A DNA stretch of 64,000 nucleotides from Bugula neritina (taxonomy: Eukaryota; Animalia; Bryozoa). The translations under genes and the position numbers were made by a program. The stretch is from assembly GCA_964035545.1 (NCBI GenBank), contig OZ037766.1, positions 2,170,001-2,234,000 of the forward strand, given 5' to 3'. Below are positions 28,914-42,325 of this stretch, piece after piece. The first letter of the stretch is position 1; every line of letters begins with the position of its first letter. The notes beneath the pieces were generated by a model that worked only from the letters and a program-made list of their open reading frames with translations, did not search any database and was not told where the DNA came from.

Positions 28914-28921
28914 TAATAGTG

Positions 28922-28982
<61 letters not shown>

Positions 28983-29559
28983 CAGTAGTAGTAGTGGTAG
29001 TAGTACACATATAAATACTAGAATGTTGGGAATACATGGAGATTTTACCTGGTGAGTTATGTCTGGTCTACATTGTGAGGCATTCTTCTTAAATTTCTTC
29101 ATCTGCCCTTTATGTTTATCACAGTTGAGTAACTCGTACTGCTTACCAACCTAATGGTTAAGAAGACAACGTGGTGAGATGTATCTATATACCACCACAG
29201 ACTGAAACATCACACAAAGCTTCCACCTAACGAAGCTTGGGCAGAACTATAATATCTGACAGATGCAATAATGTGTAGCTATTCACTTTCCAAAGCTAAA
29301 ACTTGGTTATACACTGACTCAGCCTTACCTATTACTTGGATACTAATTGTACAACATTCGTAATTATGCTTAGAAAACAATTAATTAAATGAAATATTTA
29401 GAGAGACAAAACCTTTATAGTTTCGAGAGAGGCCCCTTCCAGTATGACTATCAATCTCTTTGCTTGATCACGTTCATGAAGTGTTTGCAGATGGTGAGGC
29501 GTGACCTTTTTGAACCCTCTTTCTGCATCATCCCCAGAGCGAGGGCGCTTTTGAGCCAT
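26793..29559 (-). CDS. EMG1: 18S rRNA pseudouridine N1-methyltransferase NEP1/EMG1, 244 aa; exons 29559-29413, 29150-29049, 28517-28376, 28026-27965, 27483-27331, 26921-26793
   Basis: Motifs [110 protein letters not shown]; 735 nt, phase-consistent. Confidence 0.97.
26945..27080. repeat. ~58-bp tandem duplication (about 2.3 copies) in the EMG1 last intron
   Basis: atatgaca.cagagg..tatattatactccttatattatcaacttactagtatttt is repeated. Confidence 0.85.
28546..29005. repeat. (AGT/AGC)n trinucleotide microsatellite filling EMG1 intron 2 (reads CTA/CTG on the coding strand)
   Basis: Seen directly; it explains the poly-L/T/S/V/Y ORFs. Confidence 0.98.
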
Positions 29560-31249
29560 ATCTAGTGATATCTACTGTTAGATGGTGCTGCTACAAAGAA
29601 TGTACAGATCTAAAACAAGTTGCTATATGAACTGTGTTTAAATGTAAAACCATGGGTATATTAAAGTTATTAAAAATTGAATACAATTTCATGAAGGTCT
29701 AAAACTAAGCTTTATAGGTGAATTTCAAATGTCATATCGATTAGCCCATGGCCATTGTATTATTGTGTTGGCTAAACTGCATAATGATAATCATCATGCT
29801 GTGCAAGTTGAAAAAGTTTTTAGTAGAAAACAACAATTTTATTAGTATAAGTATTAGTTACAAGAATAAACACTCACACTGGCTATGAGAAAAAACTGAA
29901 TGATAAACCTAAAAATTAATACATTTTTATTTACTTCTATTCTTTTAGTATTAAATTTAATGTTTCTACAGACCTTTTTCACCTTAGAGTTAATCTTATC
30001 ATCTTTAAAGCAAATAAATACAATACTAATTGAATAGATTTAGAGTAAGAGTAATACTGATAGGTATACTTATACTTATAGTTATAGTAATACAGCAATA
30101 GTTATACTTATAGTTATACTAATACTTAGAGTTATAGCATTACTATTAGAGTATTACTATTAGTATTACTATTAGTATTAGGCTTACTCTTAGAAATAGT
30201 AATACTAATACTAATAGTCAACTAAATGTAATACTAAGTCTTAACTTATAGTTATAGTAATACGAAGAGTAATACTAACACACTATCACAATATCAATAT
30301 GAATATGAAATTAAATACTAATATTAATAACACTACTAGCAGAGTACTAATAAGTAATACAACTATCAGACTCACTCCCAGTACTCAGAGTCAGTACTGA
30401 GAGTGACTAACCTGAGTACAACTACAAGTCAATACTCAATCGTGAAAAGTCAACTAATCATCATCATTATCTGATTATGATGATGATCATCGTGAGTCAA
30501 GCCTTAGTCAACAACTCGAACAGCATCTGACTGCAAAAGTTAAACGCTCGTCGTGTTTGTTTTTCTTTTGCAATTTATTGTTCTCCTGGCACTTAGTAAA
30601 ACCAAAGGAATAATGTAAATGTGTTTTGTTCGGAAAATTCAGTAACATGAAACTAAATAATTTTCCTATAAACAGAAATCGCCTAAGCCATGTGAGGGAA
30701 TGAAGCGTTGCCCAAGCACATGGATGGAGAACAACCAATTAGAAACCGTGACTTTTCAGCTAGTCAAGAAATAACTGGATTCGCTGTTCCCTAAAAACCG
30801 CATTGTAAGTTATTAGTTGCTCCCGTCGTCTGAAAATTAAAGATGGACGTTAGTTATAGCTGAATGAATTACGAATTACGTTAGGACTTGGGCATTAGCA
30901 TAATGGACAATGGAAGCTATACCAACTAAATAACTGAGTTCATTCAACATTATGGAAGGACCTCATTTACAGCAGCTGATGCTAACTATAAAAACTCAAT
31001 AACTTTTGAAGGTATAGACCAAGTTATTACCTTCGTGTCAGTTGGAAAGCAAGATGTACTAACAACATGATCAAAGTTTACATAAATTTTCCAACAACAC
31101 TTTTATTTTAATTAACACACATGTATAGGTGAATACAAATAACAAATGAATTCGTGTTCTATTTCAAAGTATAAAAAATTTAAAAGTCTCAAAACAATAT
31201 GGTTGTTCATATTCATGTACAATAGATGAAGACGAGATTACATCATAGG

Positions 31250-34200
31250 TTACATCATAGGCCTCCCCCTGCCACGGCCCATACCACCCCTGGGAGCCCC
31301 GCCCCCTTGTCCCTGATCAGCTTTGGGGTTCTTGATGGTCTCGTCTACGGAGAGGATGAGACAAGTGGCCTCACTGGCAGCGGTCAGCGCGTTGATCTTG
31401 ACGACGGAGGGTTCCCATACGCAGCCCTCAAAGTTATCTGATATATCTTCAGTCATCACATTTACTCCATACCATTTGCCATCTGAAATAACACAAGACA
31501 TGAGAGACAACTTCTACAGAGAACTGAAGCACTTTGCTTGGTGCCTGCCACTCAGGTAAAGTCTTATTGAACACAGTCCATATAGTATAGAAATGTTAAA
31601 CTTCAATGATTCTACACTGGGGTTTCATTCTTTGGGAATTTATACCCGATTTATAGTGTGAACACAACTCCATTTTAGTTAAATTGAAAAAGTAAGAATG
31701 TTTAGCGTTGCGCAGCAGACATTCCACACAGAAGATACAAATAGCAGAAGATCTGAAAAGATGGCACAGATATGTTAGTGACAACTTAGATCACAACTTA
31801 ACAAAAGGTGAATGAATGTGTTTTAGAATAAAGCCAAGAACTAATGTTTTTAAGATTAGCTAGGAGAATTAACAATTTTACAAGACAACTACTAAGAAAA
31901 AAGAACCTGCAGTAAGATGACAGGTGTCAGCAGGTGAGTGACATGTGACATGCCAGCAGACTCACCTGTACCGCTGCTGTGTTTCTGCCTAAGTTTGTTC
32001 AGTATATTGGTGGCATCGAAACCGGCGTTCTCACACAGCTGTCGGGGAATCACCTCCAGGGCCCTCGCGTAAGCAGCAACCAAAAGCTGCTCCTTTCCAG
32101 CTATGGTCCTCGAGTATTCCCTCAAGTATTTACTCAGCTCCATCTCTATGGCTCCGCCCCCTGTCAATCAAACGAATAATGTGAAAGGCTGTCAGAGAAT
32201 GGATGGTTATCCACAGAAATAACTTATAATGTATAAGCTAATAAAGCTATCATCTATATACAACAGTCTATAGCACAGAGTATGAAGTGTCATCTATATA
32301 TAGTATAGTATATGAAGTGTCAGGAGAGTAAAGTGAGACAAGCACCTGCTACCACCGAGTCATTCTTGATGGCTCGTCTGACTATCATGATGGCGTCATG
32401 CAGTGATCTCTCTGTCTCCTCCATGAACTGGTCAGATCCCCCTCTGATTATCAGTGTACAGGTCTTGGCTTGAGGACATCCCTTGAATATGTTATACCTA
32501 CAAAATATTCACCCCCTTCAAACGACTTGGCGGCATACAGCAGTGAGCTGTTATTTATACCTGGCAATTTGGTGTGCACAGGTATATTTTATATTTAGTT
32601 ACAACCATGCAAATATAGTATTTTAGTAAGAATGCTACACAACGGAGGCTTTGACAATGCTTTACAGAACAAGCATTTGGAAATAACATTATATGTCGAG
32701 ACTGGTACAAAGTGTTTGAGAGATGTTTTTCATCTACATTTACTAGATTAATGATGCTGTGTAGTAGATATCAGGTATTTATAGACTACATTAATGGTGG
32801 ACAGAGCATTAAGTGGTTACAAGGAGTCTATGCTCAACAGCCCCAACATTTTAGCAGGTACATTTAACACTAACCTTTCACCTCCAATCTGTGTTTCCTC
32901 GAATATTTCGCACGTGCCCAGCACGCCCGCTGTGAGATTAGTTACCGTAGTCTGAATAGAGCCACCGCACGCTTTCATAGTCCTCTTCAGGTCCTCATCT
33001 GGCACTCTGCCAGCACAGAACATGTCGTGATCAGCAAAGTACTGCGTCGCCACGTCTCCTATCGGCAGCTTGGAGAGGACAACTTTGGCTCCAGACTCGT
33101 ACAGTTTCTTGAGTTTATCGTACAGGATGTCCCACTCGGCATCTACCACTGACTGGTATTCCTACAGGAGAGGAAACAACTTCTCACATGACAGTCCAGC
33201 AGAAACTTAAAACAGTATACAGTAGTAATCGTCAGTTTCATTAACACCTGAAACACAAGCACCAACTCATTGTCTACACACACATTACTACACTGAGCTA
33301 CAATAAGGACAGATTACCTGCACATTGTCTACGCGAACTTCTGCGTTGTCACGTTCTGCCTTCAGCTCCAGCTCAACATTCAACATGGCTATCTTTGGCT
33401 GTGAATATTTCTTCTGCTGCATTTCAAACCCAGCATAACTGAATGCCTTTTTGAAAGCTACGCCTTGTACTAGCATCGAGTCCTTCAACACAACATAGGA
33501 ACTAATATTGATAAAATATTAGAGTTTTAGTCTTACACAATAAATTGCAAGAAACTTATCAACATAGAACAACTGTATATCCAGTAACCTCTCTACTGCT
33601 AGCTAGAGATATTGTAATAAAGGCTTGGGTCTATCAACCACAAAAATATAAAAAAACAAAATACAACCAGAACAGCTTTCGACAATCTAAAATTTTCTGT
33701 GGTAGAAATAAATATTTTACAAGAAATGTTCTGAGAGAAAGTTGAGTATTATGAGAGAGAAGTAGACATGTATTAGGTTGCTAAGGTCACCTCAAGTGCT
33801 CCACCCTGAACCTTCTTCTTTCCAATCATGTTGAGAGGGAGGAGATGATCTAAACACATGACGGCATCCACTACCATCTTAGCAAAGAATTCCTTCTGAT
33901 GAGCCACTAACTTGGAACTGAGGGCGGTGGCAGCACACCTCTCTAGTAGTTTACGTTTCTCAGTCTCGTCATCTGTGCTGATTTTCACCGCCAACTCCTT
34001 GATTTTCTCCATCACCTTGAATACGATTATCAGTTAATTCAATTAAATTAATTAATTAAATAGATAAAATATATTGAATAATATTTTTATATAACATAGC
34101 TTAGAAGTTACTTTTATTACAATCAACATTGCTCCAGTACAACAAAATAGCTACACAACTTGTTCAACTGATGAAGTCACCAGATGTTGCTGTATGTGGA

Positions 34201-36647
34201 GGTAATTTGTAAATTGAAATCCGTTCCACAAACCTACCAGAAACCTGTTACTCATTTTCCTATGTAGATTAAATCCTTTAGCAGGGCTACATTAGTTTAA
34301 ACAAGGACTAGAACTCCTAGTACTTACGTAGAATAGCACTATAATGGCCACATTACAACCACAGATCAATGTAGAGATATAACACAACTCCTCACCATGT
34401 TTGTAGCCTTTCTGTACGCTCTGACAATAACCTGAGGGTGTACTCCATCCTCCACAAATGATTTACACATCTTCATGAGTTCCCCAGCTAATAGAACTAC
34501 ACTTGTTGTGCCGTCACCAACCTGTAGAGTGTAGAGAAATAATAAGAATATTTTTCTAATATTCAATAACGTTACTAAACGCATTATTATATCTATAATA
34601 AATTTAGTTTTTCAATTATATTATAATATTTAATACAACACTGATTTTATTATTACTAAACAACCCAGCTTTCTAAAAGAACTAAGAGATTTTATAGCTT
34701 GACTATAGGACATGCATCTTAGAAATTGACTGACAAGTACAGTGCGTACATAAATACTTGCCAACCCTTGAAGTGCAAAGAAAAATATAATTAAACAAGC
34801 TAGAAGAAATAGATTACATTACATATTATTCTACATTAGTTGCACTAGCTTGGTCACTAACATGTTTTTGACACAGTGCAACAAGAAAAGTATTCATGTA
34901 TGAAAAAAACATATTTTGCTTATTTTTTGTTCTCGATGTAAACTTTGTGGTTATTAGAACACAGACTGTTGGACTGAAAATCAACTCCCAAGCAATGCAC
35001 AGCTACATAAAACAAGCTGAATAGTCAGCAATGACCAGTAAACTGACAGCAAATACAATCTCTAATCAACGTTGGTGTATCATTACCTCAGCATCTTGAG
35101 ATTTGGCTATATCTACTAGAGTCTTGGCTGCCGGATGTACAATATCTAATAACTTCATGATTGTTGCTCCATCATTTGATATGGTAGCTTTATCTGCAAA
35201 GTAATACCAAGTTATCATGCTGATATAATCTCTCTTCATGGGCTGTAGGCCGTGCATACACATTGCTTGGAAAAAATACCTAAATATAGACTGCAAAATA
35301 ATTTCGGATTTTAAGACATCATCACTCTGATTGAGAAAAGCCATTCAATTGTATCTCAGAAAAAACATGAGCACAAAAGTTGAATTAAAAAATGGTTTGT
35401 GTCCAAAAAGATTATCTCTCAACTCTTGACACTCACTGCCTATGCATATCAGTTTGTCCATGCCTCTGGGGCCTAAAGTTGTCCTAACTGCATCAACTAT
35501 GTGCTGACAGGCATTTATGTTACTAATAAGTTGAGGTTTTCCTTGAGATGAATCTGTTCCCTCTTTTAGCAGTATTATCTGTGGTTGCTGAAATATTACA
35601 ACTAACATAATAGATACAAAAACCAGAAAAAACTAAACTGATGTGAGTAAAGTTCATTACACACACAAATGTCTAAATGAAACTTATATAAACTATTAGA
35701 AGTGATAACTACACATATTAAATTACTTATTCATTTCTAAACAAATGAGACTAAATAGGCTTTACTTTCAACATTAGTTATACTTTTTAGTGTTCAAACA
35801 TCTGGAAATATTACGATTAGTAATGTTAATCAGCAAAACATATTATATGCATTCTAATTTAAACATTTATTAACTATTATTTTAACAACTACAAGTTAGC
35901 AACTATTAGTATTTCTATGAATAACTTTGTGTAACTTAAATTTATATTTTTTTCCCAGATTGATCTCTCAGATTCAGATCAGAAAGAATCGTTTAAAACA
36001 GGTCAACAGCAACTTGTAATAAAAAATATAATAAAATAGCTTCAAGTGGTAAGCTTTATTTTGTCCCCATTTCCAGTTCCTAGTTATTTTTACAGATATA
36101 TTTCATGTTCAAAACAAGTTTAAGTTTAATTTCAAGTTTAATGCCCAAAACTCAAAATGGTTAAGACACACTATTGAGTATTGACATTGATACTCATACT
36201 AATTTTAATACTAATAGTAATACTATTTAAAGCAGTAGTAGTCATAAAAACTGATACCCAAACTCCGATACTAATACACTTAGCCTTACACTTGCAGTGA
36301 TGACCATGATAATGATGATTAAATTTAAGTTTGAAATTCAAATTGATGATCATGATTTTTCATTTTAATTTTCTAAACGTGAATGAATATTATTAAAATC
36401 AATTGATAGATAAAAATAGATGCAAAATCGAGGTATTTCAATATTACAGCTGAGGAATTATGTTTACTAGTACTACAACTAATTAGTTATTAGAAAGTGC
36501 CTAAAGCCTAACGGAGTTAACCCAGTTCGTTCTAGAACATTCGATGAAGAATTGTAGTTGTTCATAAAATTAAGACTAATATTGGTGAGGATAAGCAAAA
36601 CACTCAAGAAATAGTTTCATTAGTAGCACGCATATACCTACCATCAT
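31250..36647 (-). CDS. CCT7: T-complex protein 1 subunit eta, 548 aa; exons 36647-36642, 35587-35437, 35193-35087, 34521-34396, 34015-33791, 33482-33318, 33161-32875, 32497-32346, 32160-31966, 31482-31250
   Basis: MM|[87 protein letters not shown] and a GRGRGRP tail; 1647 nt in frame. Confidence 0.98.
36529..36543. promoter_or_regulatory. Perfect three-unit heat shock element (nTTCnnGAAnnTTCn) in CCT7 intron 1
   Basis: gTTCtaGAAcaTTCg, about 100 nt downstream of the CCT7 start exon. Chaperonin genes are known HSF1 targets. Confidence 0.65.
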
Positions 36648-38619
36648 TATTGCAATTTGGTTGACGAAGTAAAACTCTTACAGGTAACAAATTTAGCGTT
36701 TTTATATTCACTGCTATTAACACCGATTGTCGACTACAGAATAAATCATTCAATTAATGCTTTCATAGAGAAAAAAATCTAGAGCCTCGCATTGGCAGGC
36801 GTGTGCATTGAAAACATCATGATTTCATGATTAGCATTGGTCTTGGAACTATTTTTATTCCGTTTTTAGAAGTTCTTTCAAATTTTTTTTTGAAAATTGT
36901 TATATTTTTTACAATTATTATTTTTATCAGATCATTAGTCCTTTATAATTTATGTATTTGATAGTAAATCTACTACATAGGCACATCGCGCCGCAACCAT
37001 AGACGAAAATTCACAAGATGGCAAATCCAGTGATGACTGATGAGTGAATAAATAATTATAATTATATGTAAATATATTATCAAATTCAATAAAGATATAA
37101 TTACAAATTTAGATTATTTGACGATGCTGATAAATGATAAATAAAATCATATAGATGAAATTTGAAATTTAGTTTCAATTATACAAAGTTAAATCCTGTT
37201 ACCAATTCTAAGACTAAGACTCTTACTCATAGTAAGACTAAGAGTAAGACAAAAACTGAACAAAGGTCATAGTCATACACATACTAATGTTACACTGAAA
37301 GTGATACCTAAGCCCCAGTTCATCAAAAGTTCTTCTATTCAATTTCAATGATAGTCATTATGATTGTAGCTCGTATATTAAATATTATTTGTAGAAAATT
37401 GAAATGAATATCAATATGAATATGGATATATCAAAATGAAGTTAGTTTAAAATTTGCCCAAGTAATTTCAATTTGTGCCATTGCTTTGGGTTTTTTGACA
37501 AATGTCTAGTACTAGTAGTAGTTATAGCTACATTTATGGTTTATTTTTAGTTCAACTGCTACGCCCAGGCTTAGAGTGGGAGTCAGATATTTTGATCGAT
37601 GCAATATATCAAGAAAATTATTGTGAAAGCAGAAAAAAATAAAAAATCTTTTTGAAGTTAAAAGAATCTAAAGCAAAGAATATTTCATTTTAGAGTGTAG
37701 TGGCAGTCATATTCATAATAGCAATTATAGTAGCTATCATAATCAGATAATGCATGGTGTTACTGCATCAGGATTCCAGTGTGGTTGCATACACAACATA
37801 ACTAATACTTATAGTTATAACTTATACTATTAGTATTACTATTGGTTATGTAAATGTGTCAAGTCACACTTTGTGATTTTAGTATTTTTGGCATATTTAA
37901 AATAAATTGAATAGACATCAGCTGAAAAGAAAAATAGTTGTAGTACAGTAGTCAAAACAAGTTATCTCTATATTTTTATTCATAATTTATCCAATAAATA
38001 TCTTTTAGAAATTTCTATTCAAATCACCTCATAAAAGTTGGAGCACTCTGGTACCACCTATAAGTTCAAAGTTCATGGGTGCCTCCTTTGTTTAGGTTTA
38101 TTTATTTTAGCGTGTAGCTAAGTTGACTTTTATGTTTTAAAAATTATAGTAATTTATAGAATTTTAGTGCTTAGCTAAGCTGAGTTTGTTTTATGAGGTA
38201 GTATCCTCAATTCTCTAATGCTCCTAAAAGGTCTGTGAGGATGCAAAAATAGATGTGGATTTTTCTTTCTTAGCTGATGGAATGTTGATTTAAATTTAGT
38301 GCCTAATCATAAGCAGATAAAATCATTTCAAGTAATTTTTTGGTCACTTTACCGGCTTGCGAAAATGTTAAGCTGTAACTCAGTGCGGGCATTATTGATG
38401 ATATGTAGTCCTTTGAAGTTAGCAATTTCCTCACAGGCGCTTTTGTTAGTTTCTGCATATTCTAGAATAGGCCTACATACATAAACTTAGGTAGCAAAGT
38501 TGTACTTGCTTCTTTCTAGAATATAAGCTGTATAACTTAGTTACATGTCAAAATAAGTTGTGATGTAGTGTTTTTGTATTTTATATAGATAAAGGAGAAC
38601 TACTGGATCTGGCATAACA

Positions 38620-40469
38620 ATGATAGAATCAGAGGCTATTGCTTTAGCATCAATGGACCAGGTCAGTATTCCACTGTTCTATATGGATGTCTAATGCTAA
38701 TAAATTTGAATAACTGTTTACCAGTTACTTTCTTGCATAGAAAGTTTGATGATATTTAGTCATAGCAAAAAAGCATGCTGTCGCAATATTAATTATAATA
38801 ATTTTTTAGCAGCTGGGAATATTTCTTACTTATTTTCTAATTCAACATGTGATATTATTTTTACCAAGTCTAAAATTGATTTGATAATACTTTTCTTGTT
38901 GAGAACTATATTTTTGATTTCATTTATTTAGGCAGTGGCCAGAAAAAAGCTCCTAGAATTCATGGGCATTGAGCTAGACTTTGGTTATGTTGAAGGCCTG
39001 CGCTCAACGATACATGCCACCCTACTGCACGATACATTCACTCATGCCGTCCTCAAGGGCTTCACTTGGAAAGATGTTTGTAGAGTTGTTCAGCTATGTC
39101 AAGATATGTTGAAGTCATTAATTGGTGAGGAGTTTCTGTTTCATCTTGACCAATGACTGAATATATAAGTTTTAATTGGACTTGGGATTTAGGCTATGTA
39201 TATATGGAAATGCATGAGATGTGCGGTCATTACTTTGCATATGTTATTGGTGCTGCAACCATGTTGGGCTAATCTAACAAGACAAGACAATTGCAACCCT
39301 GATAAGGAATGTGATAAAAAATGTTCCATGTTCTTGTAGAGTAAAAGGATTGCTTTACATTAAGGATAGACAACTTCTTTTTTGCAAATATCTCTCAACT
39401 GCCATTACAATGGCAAATTTAATATTTTACTTATTCAAAGGTTTTCACATTGTCATGTTTTCCAGTATGCAAAACTTGAGATACACCATATTTAAAGAAA
39501 TTATTGTGTTAAAAGTTTGGAGTAAAATACCAATTATATACTTGTATTGTTAAAAACATGTTTGCTTAATCTAGGCAAGCCAATAGTTGAAGCTACGAAG
39601 ATGTATTTTGAAGCAGCATCGAACTCTGGTATAGAAAATAGAAGCATGGCAATATACACAGACTATTTCTTCTCCACATTTATGCAACACTACAAACTCT
39701 ATCAGTATGTGTTTGAAAATGAGAGGGATATGACAGTTTTTTCTTCAGAACTGGCGATAGAGCCACCAATACCACCACAGGAACTAAAGAATGCTAAACA
39801 ACCACATCTACACGAATATGAGCAGAACTTACGAGAAATCCAGTCTAATCGTAAGGAAGTTAAGGAAATATCTCCTATAGACAACGATATTACTGTAGAG
39901 GTAGATGGAAGTGATCTACAATGCCCCCAGGCTGAAGTAAGTTGATCGTAATACACTCACTAGAATATATCTGTGTTCTTCAACTGATACTGGTCAACCT
40001 CTGGCATTTTACACGGTAACCAAAGGTAAAAAGAAATTAGTTGCAGTGTACATTATTGTTATAAGGATCGTGCACCTTCAACAAACTAAGACAACTCCCT
40101 TACTTATTTTCAGGCACTGCAAAAGATAATCTCAAAAGTAATTCAAGATATCGGCAGACCTCTTCAGGAGAACATATCAGAAGCCATTTCAACTACTTAC
40201 AATGACTTGGACGTTAAACTCGAGGAAACAGCTCTGGCCAGGCCAAAACAGCTGGGTGAGTTCCCATGCAAAATGTATGTTGTTACACAATGTAGACCAG
40301 AATATCATGTAACTATATTCTGTCTACTCTATTTACAGGTGCACCACCTCGCTACCAACTAAAGGCTCCTCTACCCATGCCAAAAACCACAAGTTCAAAA
40401 ATAGTAGCTACTCCGCAGCAAAAAGGATCATCGAAGGGCAACAGAAACAAGTCTGGAAAGAATAAATAA
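38620..40469 (+). CDS. C8orf74: C8orf74-like protein (CLAMP / flagellar C1a-32 family); exons 38620-38661, 38932-39124, 39575-39936, 40114-40255, 40339-40469
   Basis: RSTIHATLLHDTFTHAVLKGFTWKDVCRVVQL, DYFFSTFMQHYKLYQYVF and a basic C-terminal tail match my recollection of C8orf74. A possible upstream exon lies at 37018-37043. Confidence 0.8.
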
Positions 40470-40654
40470 ACTGATTATTTTGTAACTGTGATATTATTAC
40501 AAGTTTGTAATATCATTTATTTGCTAAGGAATTATCATTAGTTAGCTAATCTATACTTTCAAAATTGCACTGCCACATTTTTAGTATTGAAATACAGCAG
40601 AGAAGAGTTGTATTTTCACATTTTATTGAGCATAATGATACATCAAACGATAAA

Positions 40655-42026
40655 CTAACTGGTTTCCATCTGACTTTCATCATACTTTCCTTTGTCAGCA
40701 CCTCGTGCTCTGCTCTTGGCTCGTTTCTCTATGATGGCTTTTCTGTCTTTATCTAATTTAGGCTTTACAATCACCACCTGAAAATAACAACATACACTCA
40801 TAGTGCCAAGATAAACACGACCAGATGTTGTTTATACAGCAGCTGCTACTCGAGCTTTAGTTTTTTCTTCACAAAAACCAACAAATAAAAATATTTTAAG
40901 TGATAATTTAGATTTTCAGTTATGCAAAACTCACCCTTATATAATAAATAAACCCTTTTAAGTTGCATATTGCCCAGTCTAAAATTAATACATAGCCATG
41001 ACATATAATACAAGAGACTAACCTTTGAGGGATGGATACCAACATACACTGTGGCACCATTTGCTTTTTCTCTCTGGATTCTCTCTATATACACAACAAA
41101 CTTCTTCCTGTAGCACTGGACTACTTTGCCGACTTGTTGGCCTTTGTAGTGTCCACGAACAACCTACAACCATTTAGTGTGTCTCGATAATATCTATTAC
41201 CCCATAAACGGTATCACCAGAGCGTAAATCCAAATTAAAAAGAAGTTGGCAAATGCATGGATATTCAATGAAAAAAATCCAGCTTTACAGAACAGATGCA
41301 GATGTTATACACATGTACTTGCAGAAATAATTTAAACAGGTCAGGCAGGTGTCAACAGAATACATATAAAACATAACAACTAACCAAGTGGGTTGTTGCA
41401 TGCTCTAAACAAATATAGTGATATATTTACATATACATTTCTTAGCACAACTCGAATATTTTAGTGGCACAAAGCTTAAAAGTTTATAGCAAACTGACCC
41501 CCAATCACACTAACATTATAGAGAAGAATATTGCGTTTTTAAAAGTCAAAAGTTACTGGTAGTACTAGTAATAGTGTGCAAAATGAAGAACACAATCTAT
41601 GTTATTCTTAAAAGGTACTCAAGTATGGAATTGAACCATTATTTTGGCTTTTAAACCATTTACTACTAGGGTATAAAGATATTACTATCACTATGCTACT
41701 AACAGTAATTACAATTGCAACACCAACTGTTGAGTTCATGCACAGTTTGAGTGTGGGTCTTGAAACTGACGTTGAGTATGATAATCATAATGGAATAGCA
41801 ATCAAATTATCGGGGCTTATAAATGAATGTGAAGTGAAGAGAAGCAGTAGAAACTTACTTGAACTTCGTCATCTTTGCGGATAGGCAAGCTACGAACGTT
41901 GTGTTTAGCCCTCATTTCCTTAGACAGTGGTGCACTCATGATCGTCCTTCGGACATGAGAAGGTGCTTGAAAATGCCTCTTTCTCTGCTTCCTCCTCGAA
42001 GAGGATACCAATTTGTTGAGCTTCAT
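40655..42026 (-). CDS. RPL26: 60S ribosomal protein L26 (uL24), 143 aa; exons 42026-41859, 41163-41023, 40777-40655
   Basis: [78 protein letters not shown]. Confidence 0.99.
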
Positions 42027-42296
42027 CTTTCCTTCGCTATTAGCCAAGCAAATAAAAATTAACTGTTATACATACATACATGTTGCATCAGGCGACAACA
42101 GGATTCCATATCGTTCTTCTATATCAGAACGTAACTCCTTTTATTAATCAAAGCAGAACAGTTTGAGTAGAAAAATGTTACGCACTGCTATAACCAATGT
42201 CTTTTAGTACCGAATATTTAATAAAATTGAAATGATGGTCACATAGAACAGAAATAAACCAGGGATTAAAAATGAATTACTATGTAGAATACATAC

Positions 42297-42325
42297 TTTG
42301 GATGAAACTTTCTTGAAAAGGAAAT
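42297..42325 (-). promoter_or_regulatory. RPL26 non-coding exon 1 with a TCT initiator / 5'TOP
   Basis: The minus strand reads atttcCTTTTCaagaaagtttcatccaaa|gtatgt, fitting the TCT motif YC+1TYTYY typical of ribosomal protein genes. Confidence 0.7.

Noticed and set aside
28396-29055. Poly-T, poly-S, poly-V and poly-Y ORFs
   Set aside because: Artefacts of the (AGT)n repeat inside EMG1 intron 2.
31238-31261. 12-bp duplication ttacatcatagg spanning the CCT7 stop codon
   Set aside because: Small local duplication with no change to the protein.
31226-32179. Plus-strand ORFs overlapping CCT7 (similar cases at 4569-4901, 41859-42062, 45882-46073)
   Set aside because: Antisense shadows of real coding exons.
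34180-34325. Possible H/ACA snoRNA in a CCT7 intron (hairpins, ATAGGA, ACA on the minus strand)
   Set aside because: Second hairpin geometry is non-canonical and no rRNA target could be identified; a covariance-model search would be needed.
42080-42160. Possible C/D snoRNA in RPL26 intron 1 (two CTGA boxes)
   Set aside because: No proper RTGATGA box C and no recognisable rRNA complement.
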